Positions 9,129-18,121 of a stretch of DNA of 36,425 nucleotides are shown here, piece after piece. Position numbers and translations under genes: made by a program. The notes beneath the pieces are model-generated. The model worked only from the letters and a program-made list of their open reading frames with translations, was not told where the DNA came from and made no database searches. Position 1 is the first letter of the stretch, and each line of letters starts with the position of its first letter. Source of the stretch: Armatimonadota bacterium (GTDB taxonomy: Bacteria; Sysuimicrobiota; Sysuimicrobiia; Sysuimicrobiales; Humicultoraceae); NCBI GenBank assembly GCA_037443365.1, contig JBBIOM010000018.1, forward strand, positions 1 to 36,425, in the 5' to 3' direction.

Positions 9129-9158
9129 ATCATAACACCCCGGTCCGGGGGCGTTCAA
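9129..9158 (-). promoter_or_regulatory. Putative sigma70 promoter for tRNA-Leu
   Basis: Minus strand TTGAAC-N18-TATGAT with extended -10 TG. Confidence 0.6.
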
Positions 9159-9172
9159 TTCAATGGTGCCTG

Positions 9173-9901
9173 CTATTCGATGGGCTTGGAGTGCTCGAAC
9201 TTGGCGACGCCCCTGTGCGCCGGGACAACGAGATCGTTCTGCCGGCTGATGACGACGACCATTCCCAGGGCGCGCAGGCCTTCGACCAGTCCGCCGCGGA
9301 TGTTGAGCGCGCCCTCAAGCGTGGCCGGGTCGCCCAGCGCCACGATCGTGAACGGGCCCACCAGCCGGGCCAGGTCCACGAGCACGGTCCCGCCGACCTG
9401 TCCGAAGCCGGTGGTGGCCGTCACGCGCTGGTTGTTCACGGCGACGGCTTCGGCGCCGGCGGCCCACAGCTCGTTGATGACGCTCACCAGATCCTGGTAG
9501 GTGACAACGACGGGGCTGCTGCCCGCGGGGTTGGCCTTGGCATCCTCCAGGCGCACGACGATCCCCGGCCCCTTCATCGGCCTCAGCCCGGCGAGCACGC
9601 GCAGGCTCTCCAGCTCCTTGCTCATTGCCGCCGCCAGGGTGCGGCCTTCAGCGGTGGCCTGCTCGTACTCCGCAAGACGCCGTTGCATCTCGCCGACCTT
9701 GCGCTCGAGCGCCGTGCGCACCTCGCGCTCCTGACGCAACAGCGTTGCCAGGGCGTAGACGTTGCGGGTGGGCACCTCCGGCTGAGCGCTCAGGAACCGG
9801 CTGGCCCGAAACTGAACGATAGACAGGAACCCCACTCCCAACAGCACCACCGCGGCAATCACCTGAGGACCGCCGACACGTGCACGGGGCCGCAGGGTCA
9901 T
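9173..9901 (-). CDS. DUF881-like membrane-anchored coiled-coil protein (YlxW/YlxX-like)
   Basis: N-terminal TM helix, coiled coil, AGLRPMKGPGIVVRLED, INELWAAGAEAVAVNNQRV, PFTIVALGDP; ATG 9901 overlaps the dnaE stop (ATGA). Confidence 0.85.
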   Translation of the reverse strand: MTLRPRARVGGPQVIAAVVLLGVGFLSIVQFRASRFLSAQPEVPTRNVYALATLLRQEREVRTALERKVGEMQRRLAEYEQATAEGRTLAAAMSKELESLRVLAGLRPMKGPGIVVRLEDAKANPAGSSPVVVTYQDLVSVINELWAAGAEAVAVNNQRVTATTGFGQVGGTVLVDLARLVGPFTIVALGDPATLEGALNIRGGLVEGLRALGMVVVISRQNDLVVPAHRGVAKFEHSKPIE

Positions 9902-12900
9902 TGCCTTTCTCCTCCCGGGCCATTGGTGCCGTCGCCCGCATTGGTGCGCGGGGGAGCCTGAATCCATGACGCGGTGCCCGGGCCCAACAGCTTCTCAACT
10001 GCCTCGACGACCCGGAGCCCTGCCGCAACGCCAATCTCCCGGGCATGCATGCGCACCTGCCGGCCCTCCGCGGCCACCGTCAGCAGCACCGGCCGATCGC
10101 CGCCGTGGCGGGAGAGCAGGTCCCGCAGCCGTTGGAGCCCTTCCTCCCCGTGCCGATCGGCGTCCACGAGGACATGCAGCACCGACGCGGCGGGCTGGGC
10201 CGTCGCAAGCGGCGAGACCCCGTCGGCCAGGACCTTGACCTGCTGTTCGGAGGAATCCAGACGGCCGCGTACCACGACGATGGCGTCGCGGCGCATCTCC
10301 AGGCGGCTCTGCTCGTATGCCTTGGGGAACACGATCACCTCGGCGCTGCCGGTGTGATCCTCCAGCGTCATGAAGGCCATGGTGGCGCCGTTCTTGGTCG
10401 TGGTGCGCTTGAGCGCCGTAATCATCCCACCGATAACCACGCTGGTGCGATCGCGCATCTCCGGCAACTGCGCGATCGTCGCCGTCACGCTGGCCGCGAG
10501 CCCTTCACGCACGTGCGTCAGGGGGTGGTCCGAGACGTACATGCCGAGCATGTCGCGCTCCATCGCCAGGAGTTCGGTCTTGGAGAACTCCTCCTCCCCG
10601 GCAGGTGCCGCCGCCGGTTCCGTCGGTGGCGGCCCGCCCGCGTCGAAGAGCCCGGTCTGAGCGCCCGCCCTCGCCTGGCGCCCTCCGGCGGCAAGAGCGA
10701 AATCGAGCCGCCGCAGCATCGCGGCGCGCGTGCGGCCGAGCGAGTCGAGGGCGCCGGCCTTCACAAGGCTCTCCAGCACGCGCCGGTTCACCACGCGGCC
10801 GTCCACCCGCGCCACGAGGTCCTCCAGGGAGGAGAACGGCCCTCCCCCCGAGCGCGCGCGCAGGATGGCGTCCACCGCACCGCCACCCACGTGCTTGATC
10901 GCGGAGAGGCCGAACCGGATGCCCCTGCCGGTCACGGTGAAGCTGTCCGCCGATTCGTTCACGTCCGGGGGCAATACCCGGGTGCCCATGCGTTCGCACT
11001 CGGCGACCGCGGATGCGACCTTGGCCATCCAGTCCTGCCCCTGCGCCTCGGTGGTCAGCACCGCGGCCATGTACTCGGCGGGGAAGTTGGCCTTAAGGTA
11101 CGCGGTCTGGTACGCGATCAGCCCATAGCACGCGGCGTGCGCCCTGTTGAAACCGTAGCGCGCAAACGGCTCGAACTGCTCCCAGACCTGATCTGCCCTG
11201 CGCTTGGACACTCCCCGCCTGCGGGCGCCTGCGATGAACTGCTCGCGCTGGGCCTCCAGCTTGTCCTTGATCTTCTTGCGTATCGCGTAGCACAGGACGT
11301 CGGCCTCGGCCAGGGTGTACCCCGCCAGCGCCTGGCACACCGCCATGACGTCTTCCTGGTACACCATCACGCCGTAGGTCTCGCCCAGCACCGCCTCGAG
11401 AGAGGGGTGCAGGTACGAGATCGGCTCCTGCCCGTGCTTGCGCCGTATGTAGGACGGGATGTTGGCCATCGGTCCAGGACGGAACAGGGCCACCATCGCC
11501 ATGATGTCCTCGATGCGGGTGGGCTTCAGCTCCTTGAGGTGCCGGGTCATGCCCGCGCCCTCGAGCTGGAAGATGCCCACGGTCTCGCCCCGCGACAGCA
11601 GGTCGAAGGTGGGCCGATCGTCGAGGGGAATGGCCTTGAGGTCGATCTCCACTCCCCGCACCTGCTTGATGATCTCGAGGGCCCGGTCCAGGATCGTCAG
11701 GTACGAGAGCCCCAGGAAGTCCATCTTGAGCAGGCCGATATGGTCAACCGCCCCCATGTCGTACTGGGTCATCACCAGATCGCCCTTGGTGGCGCGCTGC
11801 AGCGGTACGAGGTCGATCAACGGGTCGCGCGATATGATCACGCCCGCGGCGTGCGTGCTGGCGTGCCGTGCCACGCCCTCCAGCTTCTGCGCAAGCCCGA
11901 TCAGACGCCCCACCGTCGGCGCTTCCTCCGAAGAGCGGCGCAGTTCTGGGTCGGCCCGCAGGGCCTCGTCGAGGGTCGCGTTGAAGGGGATCAACTTGGC
12001 GATCCGATCCACGTCCGAGTACGCGAGCCCCATCACGCGGCCTATGTCCCGGACCGCCTGGCGGGCTCCCATCGTCCCAAACGTTATGATCTGCGCCACG
12101 TGGTCGGCCCCGTACTTGCCGATCACGTACCGGATGACCTCGTCGCGCCGGCTGTCCATGAAGTCCACGTCTATGTCCGGCATCGTGTACCGCTCGAGGT
12201 TCAGGAACCGCTCGAATGGAAGCCGGTAGCGAAGCGGGTCGACGTCGGTGACGCCCAGCGTGTAGAGCACCAGGCTGCCGGCGGCCGACCCCCGCACGGT
12301 GGTCAGGATGCCCCGGCGTCGAGCGAACGACACGAAGTCCCAGACGATGAGGAAGTAGGCGGCGTAGCCCATGAGCGCTATCACGCGCAGTTCCTCGTCC
12401 AGGCGAGCGCGCTGCGCCGGGGTGACCTGTCCAAAGAGACGGTGCAGCCCCTCCTCACAGAGCCGGCGGAGGTAGGTGTCGGGCGTCTCGCCGTCGGGCA
12501 CCGGGAAGTTGGGGAGTTTCAGCCTTCCCAGTTCCATCTCCAGCCCTACGCGCTCGGCGATCTCCAGGGAAGCGCGCAGCGCCTGGGCGAGATCCGGGAA
12601 GCGCGCAGCCATCTCCGCGGCGCTCTTCAGATAGAACTCGGGCGTATCACCCATCCGGGGCTTGTCCTTGGACTCGAGCGTCACGTTCATCTGGATGCAC
12701 ATCAGCGCGTCCTGTGCCTCGGCCTCGTCGCGGCGCACGTAGTGGACGTCGTTGGTGGCCACCAGCGGCAGGTTGAGGTCGCGGGCCAGCCGGAGCATGC
12801 CCCGTATGTTGACCTGCTGCTCCGGAAGGCCGTGGTCCTGGATCTCCAGGTAGTAGTTGCCCTCGCCCAGGATCTCGTGGTACGCGGCCGCCGCCTCGCG

Positions 12901-13368
12901 GGCCCCGGCGTAGTCGTCACGGACCAGCGCGCGTGAGACCTCGCCCTGCAGGCAGCCCGACAGGCCCACGAGCCCCTGGCTGTGCTGGACCAGCAGTTCG
13001 CGGTCGATGCGTGGCTTGTAGTAGAACCCCTCCAGGTACGCGGTCGTGGTGAGGCGCAGTAGGTTGCGGTAGCCCTCCGGATCCATCGCCAGCAGGACCA
13101 GGTGATGCGGGTTGGCGTCGAGTCGGGGGTCGCGGTCGGTGTGACGGCGGGGAGCCACGTACGCCTCGACACCCAGAATCGGGGTCAGGCCAAAGTGGCG
13201 CGCCCGCAGGTAGAACTCCACCGCGCCGTACATGGCGCCGTGGTCGGTCATCGCGATGGCCGGCATCCCCATCTCGGAGGCCGCGCGCATCAGCTGCTCT
13301 ATGCGGGCTGAGCCGTCCAGGAGGGAGAACTCGGTGTGGAGGTGACAGTGAACGAATGGATCGGGCAT
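9898..13368 (-). CDS. dnaE: DNA polymerase III subunit alpha
   Basis: PHP domain (HLHTEFSLLDG, TDHG, ATNDVHY), RGSAAGS, FERFLN, catalytic PDIDVDF, HAAGV, KMDFLGL, FNRAHA, clamp-binding QTGLF, OB fold. Confidence 0.97.
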   Translation of the reverse strand: MPDPFVHCHLHTEFSLLDGSARIEQLMRAASEMGMPAIAMTDHGAMYGAVEFYLRARHFGLTPILGVEAYVAPRRHTDRDPRLDANPHHLVLLAMDPEGYRNLLRLTTTAYLEGFYYKPRIDRELLVQHSQGLVGLSGCLQGEVSRALVRDDYAGAREAAAAYHEILGEGNYYLEIQDHGLPEQQVNIRGMLRLARDLNLPLVATNDVHYVRRDEAEAQDALMCIQMNVTLESKDKPRMGDTPEFYLKSAAEMAARFPDLAQALRASLEIAERVGLEMELGRLKLPNFPVPDGETPDTYLRRLCEEGLHRLFGQVTPAQRARLDEELRVIALMGYAAYFLIVWDFVSFARRRGILTTVRGSAAGSLVLYTLGVTDVDPLRYRLPFERFLNLERYTMPDIDVDFMDSRRDEVIRYVIGKYGADHVAQIITFGTMGARQAVRDIGRVMGLAYSDVDRIAKLIPFNATLDEALRADPELRRSSEEAPTVGRLIGLAQKLEGVARHASTHAAGVIISRDPLIDLVPLQRATKGDLVMTQYDMGAVDHIGLLKMDFLGLSYLTILDRALEIIKQVRGVEIDLKAIPLDDRPTFDLLSRGETVGIFQLEGAGMTRHLKELKPTRIEDIMAMVALFRPGPMANIPSYIRRKHGQEPISYLHPSLEAVLGETYGVMVYQEDVMAVCQALAGYTLAEADVLCYAIRKKIKDKLEAQREQFIAGARRRGVSKRRADQVWEQFEPFARYGFNRAHAACYGLIAYQTAYLKANFPAEYMAAVLTTEAQGQDWMAKVASAVAECERMGTRVLPPDVNESADSFTVTGRGIRFGLSAIKHVGGGAVDAILRARSGGGPFSSLEDLVARVDGRVVNRRVLESLVKAGALDSLGRTRAAMLRRLDFALAAGGRQARAGAQTGLFDAGGPPPTEPAAAPAGEEEFSKTELLAMERDMLGMYVSDHPLTHVREGLAASVTATIAQLPEMRDRTSVVIGGMITALKRTTTKNGATMAFMTLEDHTGSAEVIVFPKAYEQSRLEMRRDAIVVVRGRLDSSEQQVKVLADGVSPLATAQPAASVLHVLVDADRHGEEGLQRLRDLLSRHGGDRPVLLTVAAEGRQVRMHAREIGVAAGLRVVEAVEKLLGPGTASWIQAPPRTNAGDGTNGPGGERQ

Positions 13369-13380
13369 GGGCTCACGGGC

Positions 13381-13413
13381 ATTGTAGCACAGGCGCGGCC
13401 GCCCGAGGCGGCC
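13381..13413 (-). promoter_or_regulatory. Extended -10 promoter for dnaE with an upstream GC inverted repeat
   Basis: Minus strand TG-C-TACAAT at 13381-13389, 12 nt before the ATG; 7-bp stem GGCCGCC-N3-GGCGGCC at 13397-13413. Confidence 0.5.
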
Positions 13414-13417
13414 CGCT

Positions 13418-14848
13418 CTAGGAGCCGGACGCCCGGCCTTGACGCAACGTCACGGCGAGGTACACGTGGCCTGTCTGCGGCAGCACATCCACGGGCTGCA
13501 CCGCCACGGTCTGATACCCGGCCCGCCCCCACCGGATGATATCGCCGGCGCAGGTCGCCAGCGAGCGCGACAGGTACGCGACGCGGGGGACCCCTGCGGC
13601 GGCGACCGCCTCGAACACCTCTGCGTCGAGGCCAGGACCCCGGGCGGTCGCGACCACCGCGTCCGGCCGGGTGCGGGCGGCCATCCGCTCCAGCACGCGC
13701 AGCGGGCTGCGGGCATAGAAGACCGCATTGGCTACGCCGTTCCACTCGGCCGCTCGCCAGGCGTCCGCCATCGCCTGGCGGCCAGGGGCAACCCCGATCA
13801 CCTGGGCGGCATCCCGGGAGAGCGCCAGCACGACGAGTGGCGTCGCGGCCGCGAGATCAAGCGCGGTCTGGCCGGGCCCCAGGGCCGCCGCCTGCCGGAT
13901 CGCGTCCAGCAGCAGGGGCACGGCGCTCGGGTTGGGCCAGACCTCTGCCTGCGGGCGCAGCGCCACCTTGAACCCGCCGATCTCGTCGGCGATGCTGTCG
14001 CGTCCCCACAGCAGGCGCAGCCGGGGGCCCAGGAGTTCAGGGCCGGGTCCGGGCCGCACCGTGGCCAGGATGCCGGCGAGTCCTGGTACCCGGTCGATGA
14101 GCGCGCGCACGAGCGGCGCCGCATCCGCCAGGGACCTGGCGAGCGACAGCACCAGCAGCGCCTCTCCGGTGGCGAAGGACGCGAGCCCCACGACCCCCCG
14201 CACGAGCCCGGCGCCGCCGCCGTCGTCGTACACCGGCAGCCGCAGGGCGCGCACCGCGCCGCGGGCGGCGTGCAGGATCGCCTCGTTGGCCGGGTGCTGA
14301 ACAGGGCACCGCGAGATGTCGATCACCCTCTCCGAGGAGGCGGCGCGGAACCCGACGACCGCGGTGCCATCGCGCCTTGCGAACGCGGCGCGCATCGTGC
14401 TGCGATAGGCCCAGGCGTCGGCGCCGGTGGCATCGCGTACAAGGTCGCGGCGAACGCCGGCATGCTCCTTGAGGAAATCCCTGACCATCGTGGTCTTGAG
14501 ACGGCGCTGCGCCTCGGGCACGATGTGCTGCCACTGGCAGCCGCCGCACCGTCCGAAGTGAGGGCAGCGCGCCACGACCGTACTGGCCGACTTGCGCAGC
14601 AGCGCCACCAGGCGGCCCTGCGCGCGGCGGCCGCCCCTGGTGACCTCGACCAGGGCCTCCTCGCCGGGCACGCCAAACGGCACCGCCAGCATGACAGGGC
14701 CCATGCGCGCGACCGCCACGCCGTCCGGGTTCACCGCTGACAGGCGCACCGTCAGCCGCTCCCCAACGTGCACCGTGCCCAGGCCGCCGCGCCGCGGGTG
14801 CCGCGTGGGAGGCCCTGCGCCGGGGATCATACGCGTGGTGCGCGGCAT
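13418..14848 (-). CDS. rlmD: RlmD/RlmCD-like RNA m5U methyltransferase homolog, TRAM region plus Fe-S motif, catalytic motifs degenerate
   Basis: TRAM-like N-terminus (DGVA...VPFGVPGEE), CPHFGRCGGCQWQH, YRS, VGFRAASS, CPVQHP, LWGRDSI, VQPVD..PQTGHV; TGATG coupling to gatB. SAM-binding and catalytic residues replaced (see findings); start could alternatively be GTG 14773. Confidence 0.82.
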   Translation of the reverse strand: MPRTTRMIPGAGPPTRHPRRGGLGTVHVGERLTVRLSAVNPDGVAVARMGPVMLAVPFGVPGEEALVEVTRGGRRAQGRLVALLRKSASTVVARCPHFGRCGGCQWQHIVPEAQRRLKTTMVRDFLKEHAGVRRDLVRDATGADAWAYRSTMRAAFARRDGTAVVGFRAASSERVIDISRCPVQHPANEAILHAARGAVRALRLPVYDDGGGAGLVRGVVGLASFATGEALLVLSLARSLADAAPLVRALIDRVPGLAGILATVRPGPGPELLGPRLRLLWGRDSIADEIGGFKVALRPQAEVWPNPSAVPLLLDAIRQAAALGPGQTALDLAAATPLVVLALSRDAAQVIGVAPGRQAMADAWRAAEWNGVANAVFYARSPLRVLERMAARTRPDAVVATARGPGLDAEVFEAVAAAGVPRVAYLSRSLATCAGDIIRWGRAGYQTVAVQPVDVLPQTGHVYLAVTLRQGRASGS

Positions 14849-16317
14849 CAGGACAGCCGCTCCTGCAGCAGGCGGTTGATCGTCTCGGGATTGGCGCGGC
14901 CGCCGGTGGCGCGCATCACCTGCCCCACCAGGAAGGCCAGCGCGCGCGCCTTGCCCGCGCGGATCTCGGCCGCCGGCCCGGGGTTCTGGGCTATGACCTG
15001 GTCCACGACGGCGCGCAGCGCGGTCTCGTCGGAAATCTGCCGCAAGCCGTGCGCCTCCACGACCGCCTCGGGCTCCTGATCGCGGGTGATCATCTCCACC
15101 AGAATGTCCCTGGCGGTCCGCCCGCTGACGATACCGGCGTCCACGAGACGGAGCAGGGCAACCAGGCGCGCCGGGCTGAGCGCGATGCGGTCGATGTCCG
15201 TGTCGTGCTCGTTCAGGTACGACGCCACCGGGCCCAGCATCCAGTTGGCGACGGCCTTGGGGCTTCCTCCCAGGGCCACCGTCTCCTCGAAGAACCCGGC
15301 CATCTCCGGTGTGGCCGTGACCAGATCGGCGTCGTAGGCCGAGAGGCCAAAGGCCGCGATCAGGCGGTCGCGGCGGGCCGCGGGCAGCTCTGGGAGCGCA
15401 TCGCGGACCGCCTGCACCCAGGCCTGGTCCACGTCCAGGGGAACCAGGTCGGGCTCGGGGAAGTACCGGTAGTCCTCTGACTCCTCCTTGGACCGCGAGG
15501 CGAACGTCAGGCCGCGCCGCTCGTCCCAGTGCCGTGTCTCCTGCACAACCGCCTCCCCGCGGGCGAGCACCTCGTGCTGCCGGGCGGCCTCGAACGCCAG
15601 CGCGCGCTCGACCGCACGGACCGAGTTCATGTTCTTCACCTCGGTGCGCACGCCGGGCGGGCCCCCGGGAGACCGCAGCGACAGGTTCGCGTCACAGCGC
15701 AGCGTGCCCTCCTCCATGCGGCAGGTGCTCACCTGCGCGAACTGGAGCAGGCGGCGAAGCGCGTTGAGGAACCCGCGCGCCTCGGCCGGGGATCGCAGGT
15801 CGGGCTCGGTCACGATCTCCATCAGCGGCACGCCAGACCTGTTGTAGTCCACGAGGCTGAACGAGGAGCCTCCCTCACCCGGAGGATGAACCAGGCGGGC
15901 GGTGTCCTCCTCCAGGTGCACTCGGCGGATCGCGATGCGCCGGGGCCGGCCGTCCGCCTGGATCTCCAGTGCGCCACCGGTCGCCAGCGGCGGGTGGTCC
16001 GCGTACTCGTACTGCGAGATCTGGTAGTTCTTGGCCAGGTCGGGATAGTAGTAGTTCTTGCGGTGAAACCGGCTTCGGGGGCTGACGTGGCAGCCCAGCG
16101 CGATCGCGGTCCGCAGCCCCAGCCCCACCGCCTTCCGGTTGAGGACGGGCAGGGAGCCCGGCAAGCCCAGGCACACGGGACAGACGAGCGTGTTGGGCGG
16201 CGCGCCGAACGCGGTGGCGCAGCCGCAGAACATCTTGGACGCGGTCAGTAGCTGGACGTGGATCTCGAGCCCCACCACCACCTCGTGGGTTCGACCGCGG
16301 GGATCCTCTGGGCGCAC
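14848..16317 (-). CDS. gatB: Asp-tRNA(Asn)/Glu-tRNA(Gln) amidotransferase subunit B
   Basis: VGLEIHVQL, KMFC, CPVCLGLPGSLP, RKNYYYPDL, HLEED, DYNRSGVPLMEIVTEP, EVKNMNS, DYRYFPEPDL; start set to GTG 16317 (SD GGAGG). Confidence 0.97.
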   Translation of the reverse strand: MRPEDPRGRTHEVVVGLEIHVQLLTASKMFCGCATAFGAPPNTLVCPVCLGLPGSLPVLNRKAVGLGLRTAIALGCHVSPRSRFHRKNYYYPDLAKNYQISQYEYADHPPLATGGALEIQADGRPRRIAIRRVHLEEDTARLVHPPGEGGSSFSLVDYNRSGVPLMEIVTEPDLRSPAEARGFLNALRRLLQFAQVSTCRMEEGTLRCDANLSLRSPGGPPGVRTEVKNMNSVRAVERALAFEAARQHEVLARGEAVVQETRHWDERRGLTFASRSKEESEDYRYFPEPDLVPLDVDQAWVQAVRDALPELPAARRDRLIAAFGLSAYDADLVTATPEMAGFFEETVALGGSPKAVANWMLGPVASYLNEHDTDIDRIALSPARLVALLRLVDAGIVSGRTARDILVEMITRDQEPEAVVEAHGLRQISDETALRAVVDQVIAQNPGPAAEIRAGKARALAFLVGQVMRATGGRANPETINRLLQERLS

Positions 16318-16321
16318 CGAA

Positions 16322-17800
16322 TCACGCCTCCGGAGGCCGCCGCAGGTGCCAGGAGGTCGCCTGCTGGTAGGCGCATCCTGCCCAAAGCAGCGTGGCCTCA
16401 TCGAACGCCCGGCCCACGAGCTGCATCCCGACCGGCAGCCCGGCGGAGAAGCCGCATGGCAGCGCCAGGCCCGGCAGGCCGGCCAGGTTCACCGGAATCG
16501 TGAACGCATCCGACAGGTACATCCACAGCGGATCGTCCACCCGCTCCCCGGCGGCGAAAGGCGGCGTCGGAGAGGTCGGCATCACGACGATGTCCACCTT
16601 CGCGAAGGCGCGCTCGAAGTCGCGCGCTACCAGCGTGCGGACCTTCTGCGCCCTGATGTAGAACGCTTCGTAGTAGCCGGCGGACAGCGCGTAGGTGCCC
16701 AGCATGATGCGGCGCTTGACCTCGGCGCCGAATCCCCTCTGCCGGGTCCGGGTCACCATCTCGTAGAGATCGTCGGATTCGTCCCTGGCGCCGTACCTGA
16801 CGCCGTCGTAACGGGCGAGGTTCGAGGAGGCCTCTGCCGGCGCGATCAGGTAGTAGGCGGGAAGCGCCACGTCCAGCGTGGGCAGGGTGATCTCCTGGAC
16901 CTCAAGACCCAGATCCTGGAATGTATCCAGCGCCGCCCTCACCGCCTGCGCCACGGCCGCGTCCACGCCCGGGCCGAACGCCTCCGCCGGCACCCCCAGG
17001 CGGATCCGGTCCCGCCCGCGCGCGGCGCCCTCCAGGAAGTCGGGGACCGCCACGTCGGCCGATGTCGAGTCGAGCGGGTCGTGCCCTGCGATGACGCCCA
17101 GGAGAAGGGCGCAGTCGGCCACGTCCCTTGCGAACGGCCCGATCTGATCCAGGGACGAGGCAAAGGCCACCAGCCCGTACCGCGAGACACGCCCGTAGGT
17201 GGGCTTCAGCCCGACCACGCCGCAGAAGCCCGCGGGCTGCCGGATCGATCCGCCGGTGTCAGAGCCCAGCGCCAGGGGAACGCACCCCGCGGCGACCGCC
17301 GCGGCCGAACCGCCACTCGACCCTCCGGGAACACGCCCGGGATCCCAGGGATTGCGCGTGGGCCCGAACGCGGAGTTCTCGGTTGACGACCCCATGGCGA
17401 ACTCGTCCATGTTGGTCTTGCCGAGAATCACGGCGCCGGCCCGGCGCAGCCGCGATATCACCGTTGCATCGTACGGCGGGATCCAGCCCTCGAGGATCCG
17501 CGATCCGCACGTTGTTGGGACCCCCCGCGTGCAGAGGTTGTCCTTGACGGCGACCGGAACTCCGGCAAGCGCGGGCAGCGAGCCGGCGTCCGCTTGCCCT
17601 CCTGCGCGGGCATAGAGCCGGTCCCACTCGAGCGCCTCCTGACGCGCGCGCTCGGCGTCCACGTGTAGAAAGGCATGAAGCAGCGGGTCGCACGCCGCGA
17701 TCCTCTCTAGGGCCGCGCCGACGACCTGCGAGGGAAGCGCCGTCCCGGAGGCGAAGGCGCCGCGCAGGGCCCGCGCCGATTCCCAGACGCCCGGGGGCAT
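16322..17800 (-). CDS. gatA: Asp-tRNA(Asn)/Glu-tRNA(Gln) amidotransferase subunit A
   Basis: Amidase signature [50 protein letters not shown]. Confidence 0.97.
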   Translation of the reverse strand: MPPGVWESARALRGAFASGTALPSQVVGAALERIAACDPLLHAFLHVDAERARQEALEWDRLYARAGGQADAGSLPALAGVPVAVKDNLCTRGVPTTCGSRILEGWIPPYDATVISRLRRAGAVILGKTNMDEFAMGSSTENSAFGPTRNPWDPGRVPGGSSGGSAAAVAAGCVPLALGSDTGGSIRQPAGFCGVVGLKPTYGRVSRYGLVAFASSLDQIGPFARDVADCALLLGVIAGHDPLDSTSADVAVPDFLEGAARGRDRIRLGVPAEAFGPGVDAAVAQAVRAALDTFQDLGLEVQEITLPTLDVALPAYYLIAPAEASSNLARYDGVRYGARDESDDLYEMVTRTRQRGFGAEVKRRIMLGTYALSAGYYEAFYIRAQKVRTLVARDFERAFAKVDIVVMPTSPTPPFAAGERVDDPLWMYLSDAFTIPVNLAGLPGLALPCGFSAGLPVGMQLVGRAFDEATLLWAGCAYQQATSWHLRRPPEA

Positions 17801-17811
17801 CCGGATCGCTC

Positions 17812-18105
17812 CTACTCCAAGGCGAGCACGCGCGGGACCCGGAAGAACCCCTGCGCGTGTGCGGGCGCCGCTGCGAGCACCTCGTCGCGCGGCAGCGACG
17901 GTTCCGGTGCGTCCTCGCGCAGCACATTGACGATCGGAAGCACATGCGAGGTGGCGGGCACGCCCTCGATTGGGGTGGCGTCCAGACGCGCGCAGTGCTC
18001 AAGGATACGGGCAAGCTGGGCGGCGAACCGCTCGCGCTCCTCGTCGGTCAGCGCGAGACGCGCAAGGCGCGCCACGTGCAGGACGGTCGCGCGCTCAATC
18101 GCCAC
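17812..18105 (-). CDS. gatC: Asp-tRNA(Asn)/Glu-tRNA(Gln) amidotransferase subunit C
   Basis: [21 protein letters not shown]; 97 aa directly upstream of gatA. Confidence 0.95.
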   Translation of the reverse strand: MAIERATVLHVARLARLALTDEERERFAAQLARILEHCARLDATPIEGVPATSHVLPIVNVLREDAPEPSLPRDEVLAAAPAHAQGFFRVPRVLALE

Positions 18106-18121
18106 CGGCCACCCCCAAGGA

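Noticed and set aside
8936-9133. N-terminal extension of the S58 peptidase given by the ORF track
   Set aside because: It overlaps the tRNA and the promoter; family similarity begins at SLADIPG
9138-9150. Palindrome CCCCGG-T-CCGGGG in the tRNA promoter spacer as a MerR-type operator
   Set aside because: Spacer is 18 bp rather than 19-20, and a short pure-GC palindrome is expected by chance in this DNA
10045-12936. 963-aa plus-strand ORF, and other long plus-strand ORFs such as 24098..26245, 28099..29586 and 32708..34303
   Set aside because: Antisense shadows of high-GC3 minus-strand genes; no recognisable motifs and complete overlap with well-supported genes
9898-13368. Intein or split in dnaE
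   Set aside because: Length (1156 aa) and motif spacing are normal; no HN-C/S/T junction seen
13418-14848. rlmD as a frameshifted pseudogene
   Set aside because: No stop or frameshift; degenerate motifs remain in register with conserved flanking residues, so it is reported as a candidate pseudoenzyme instead
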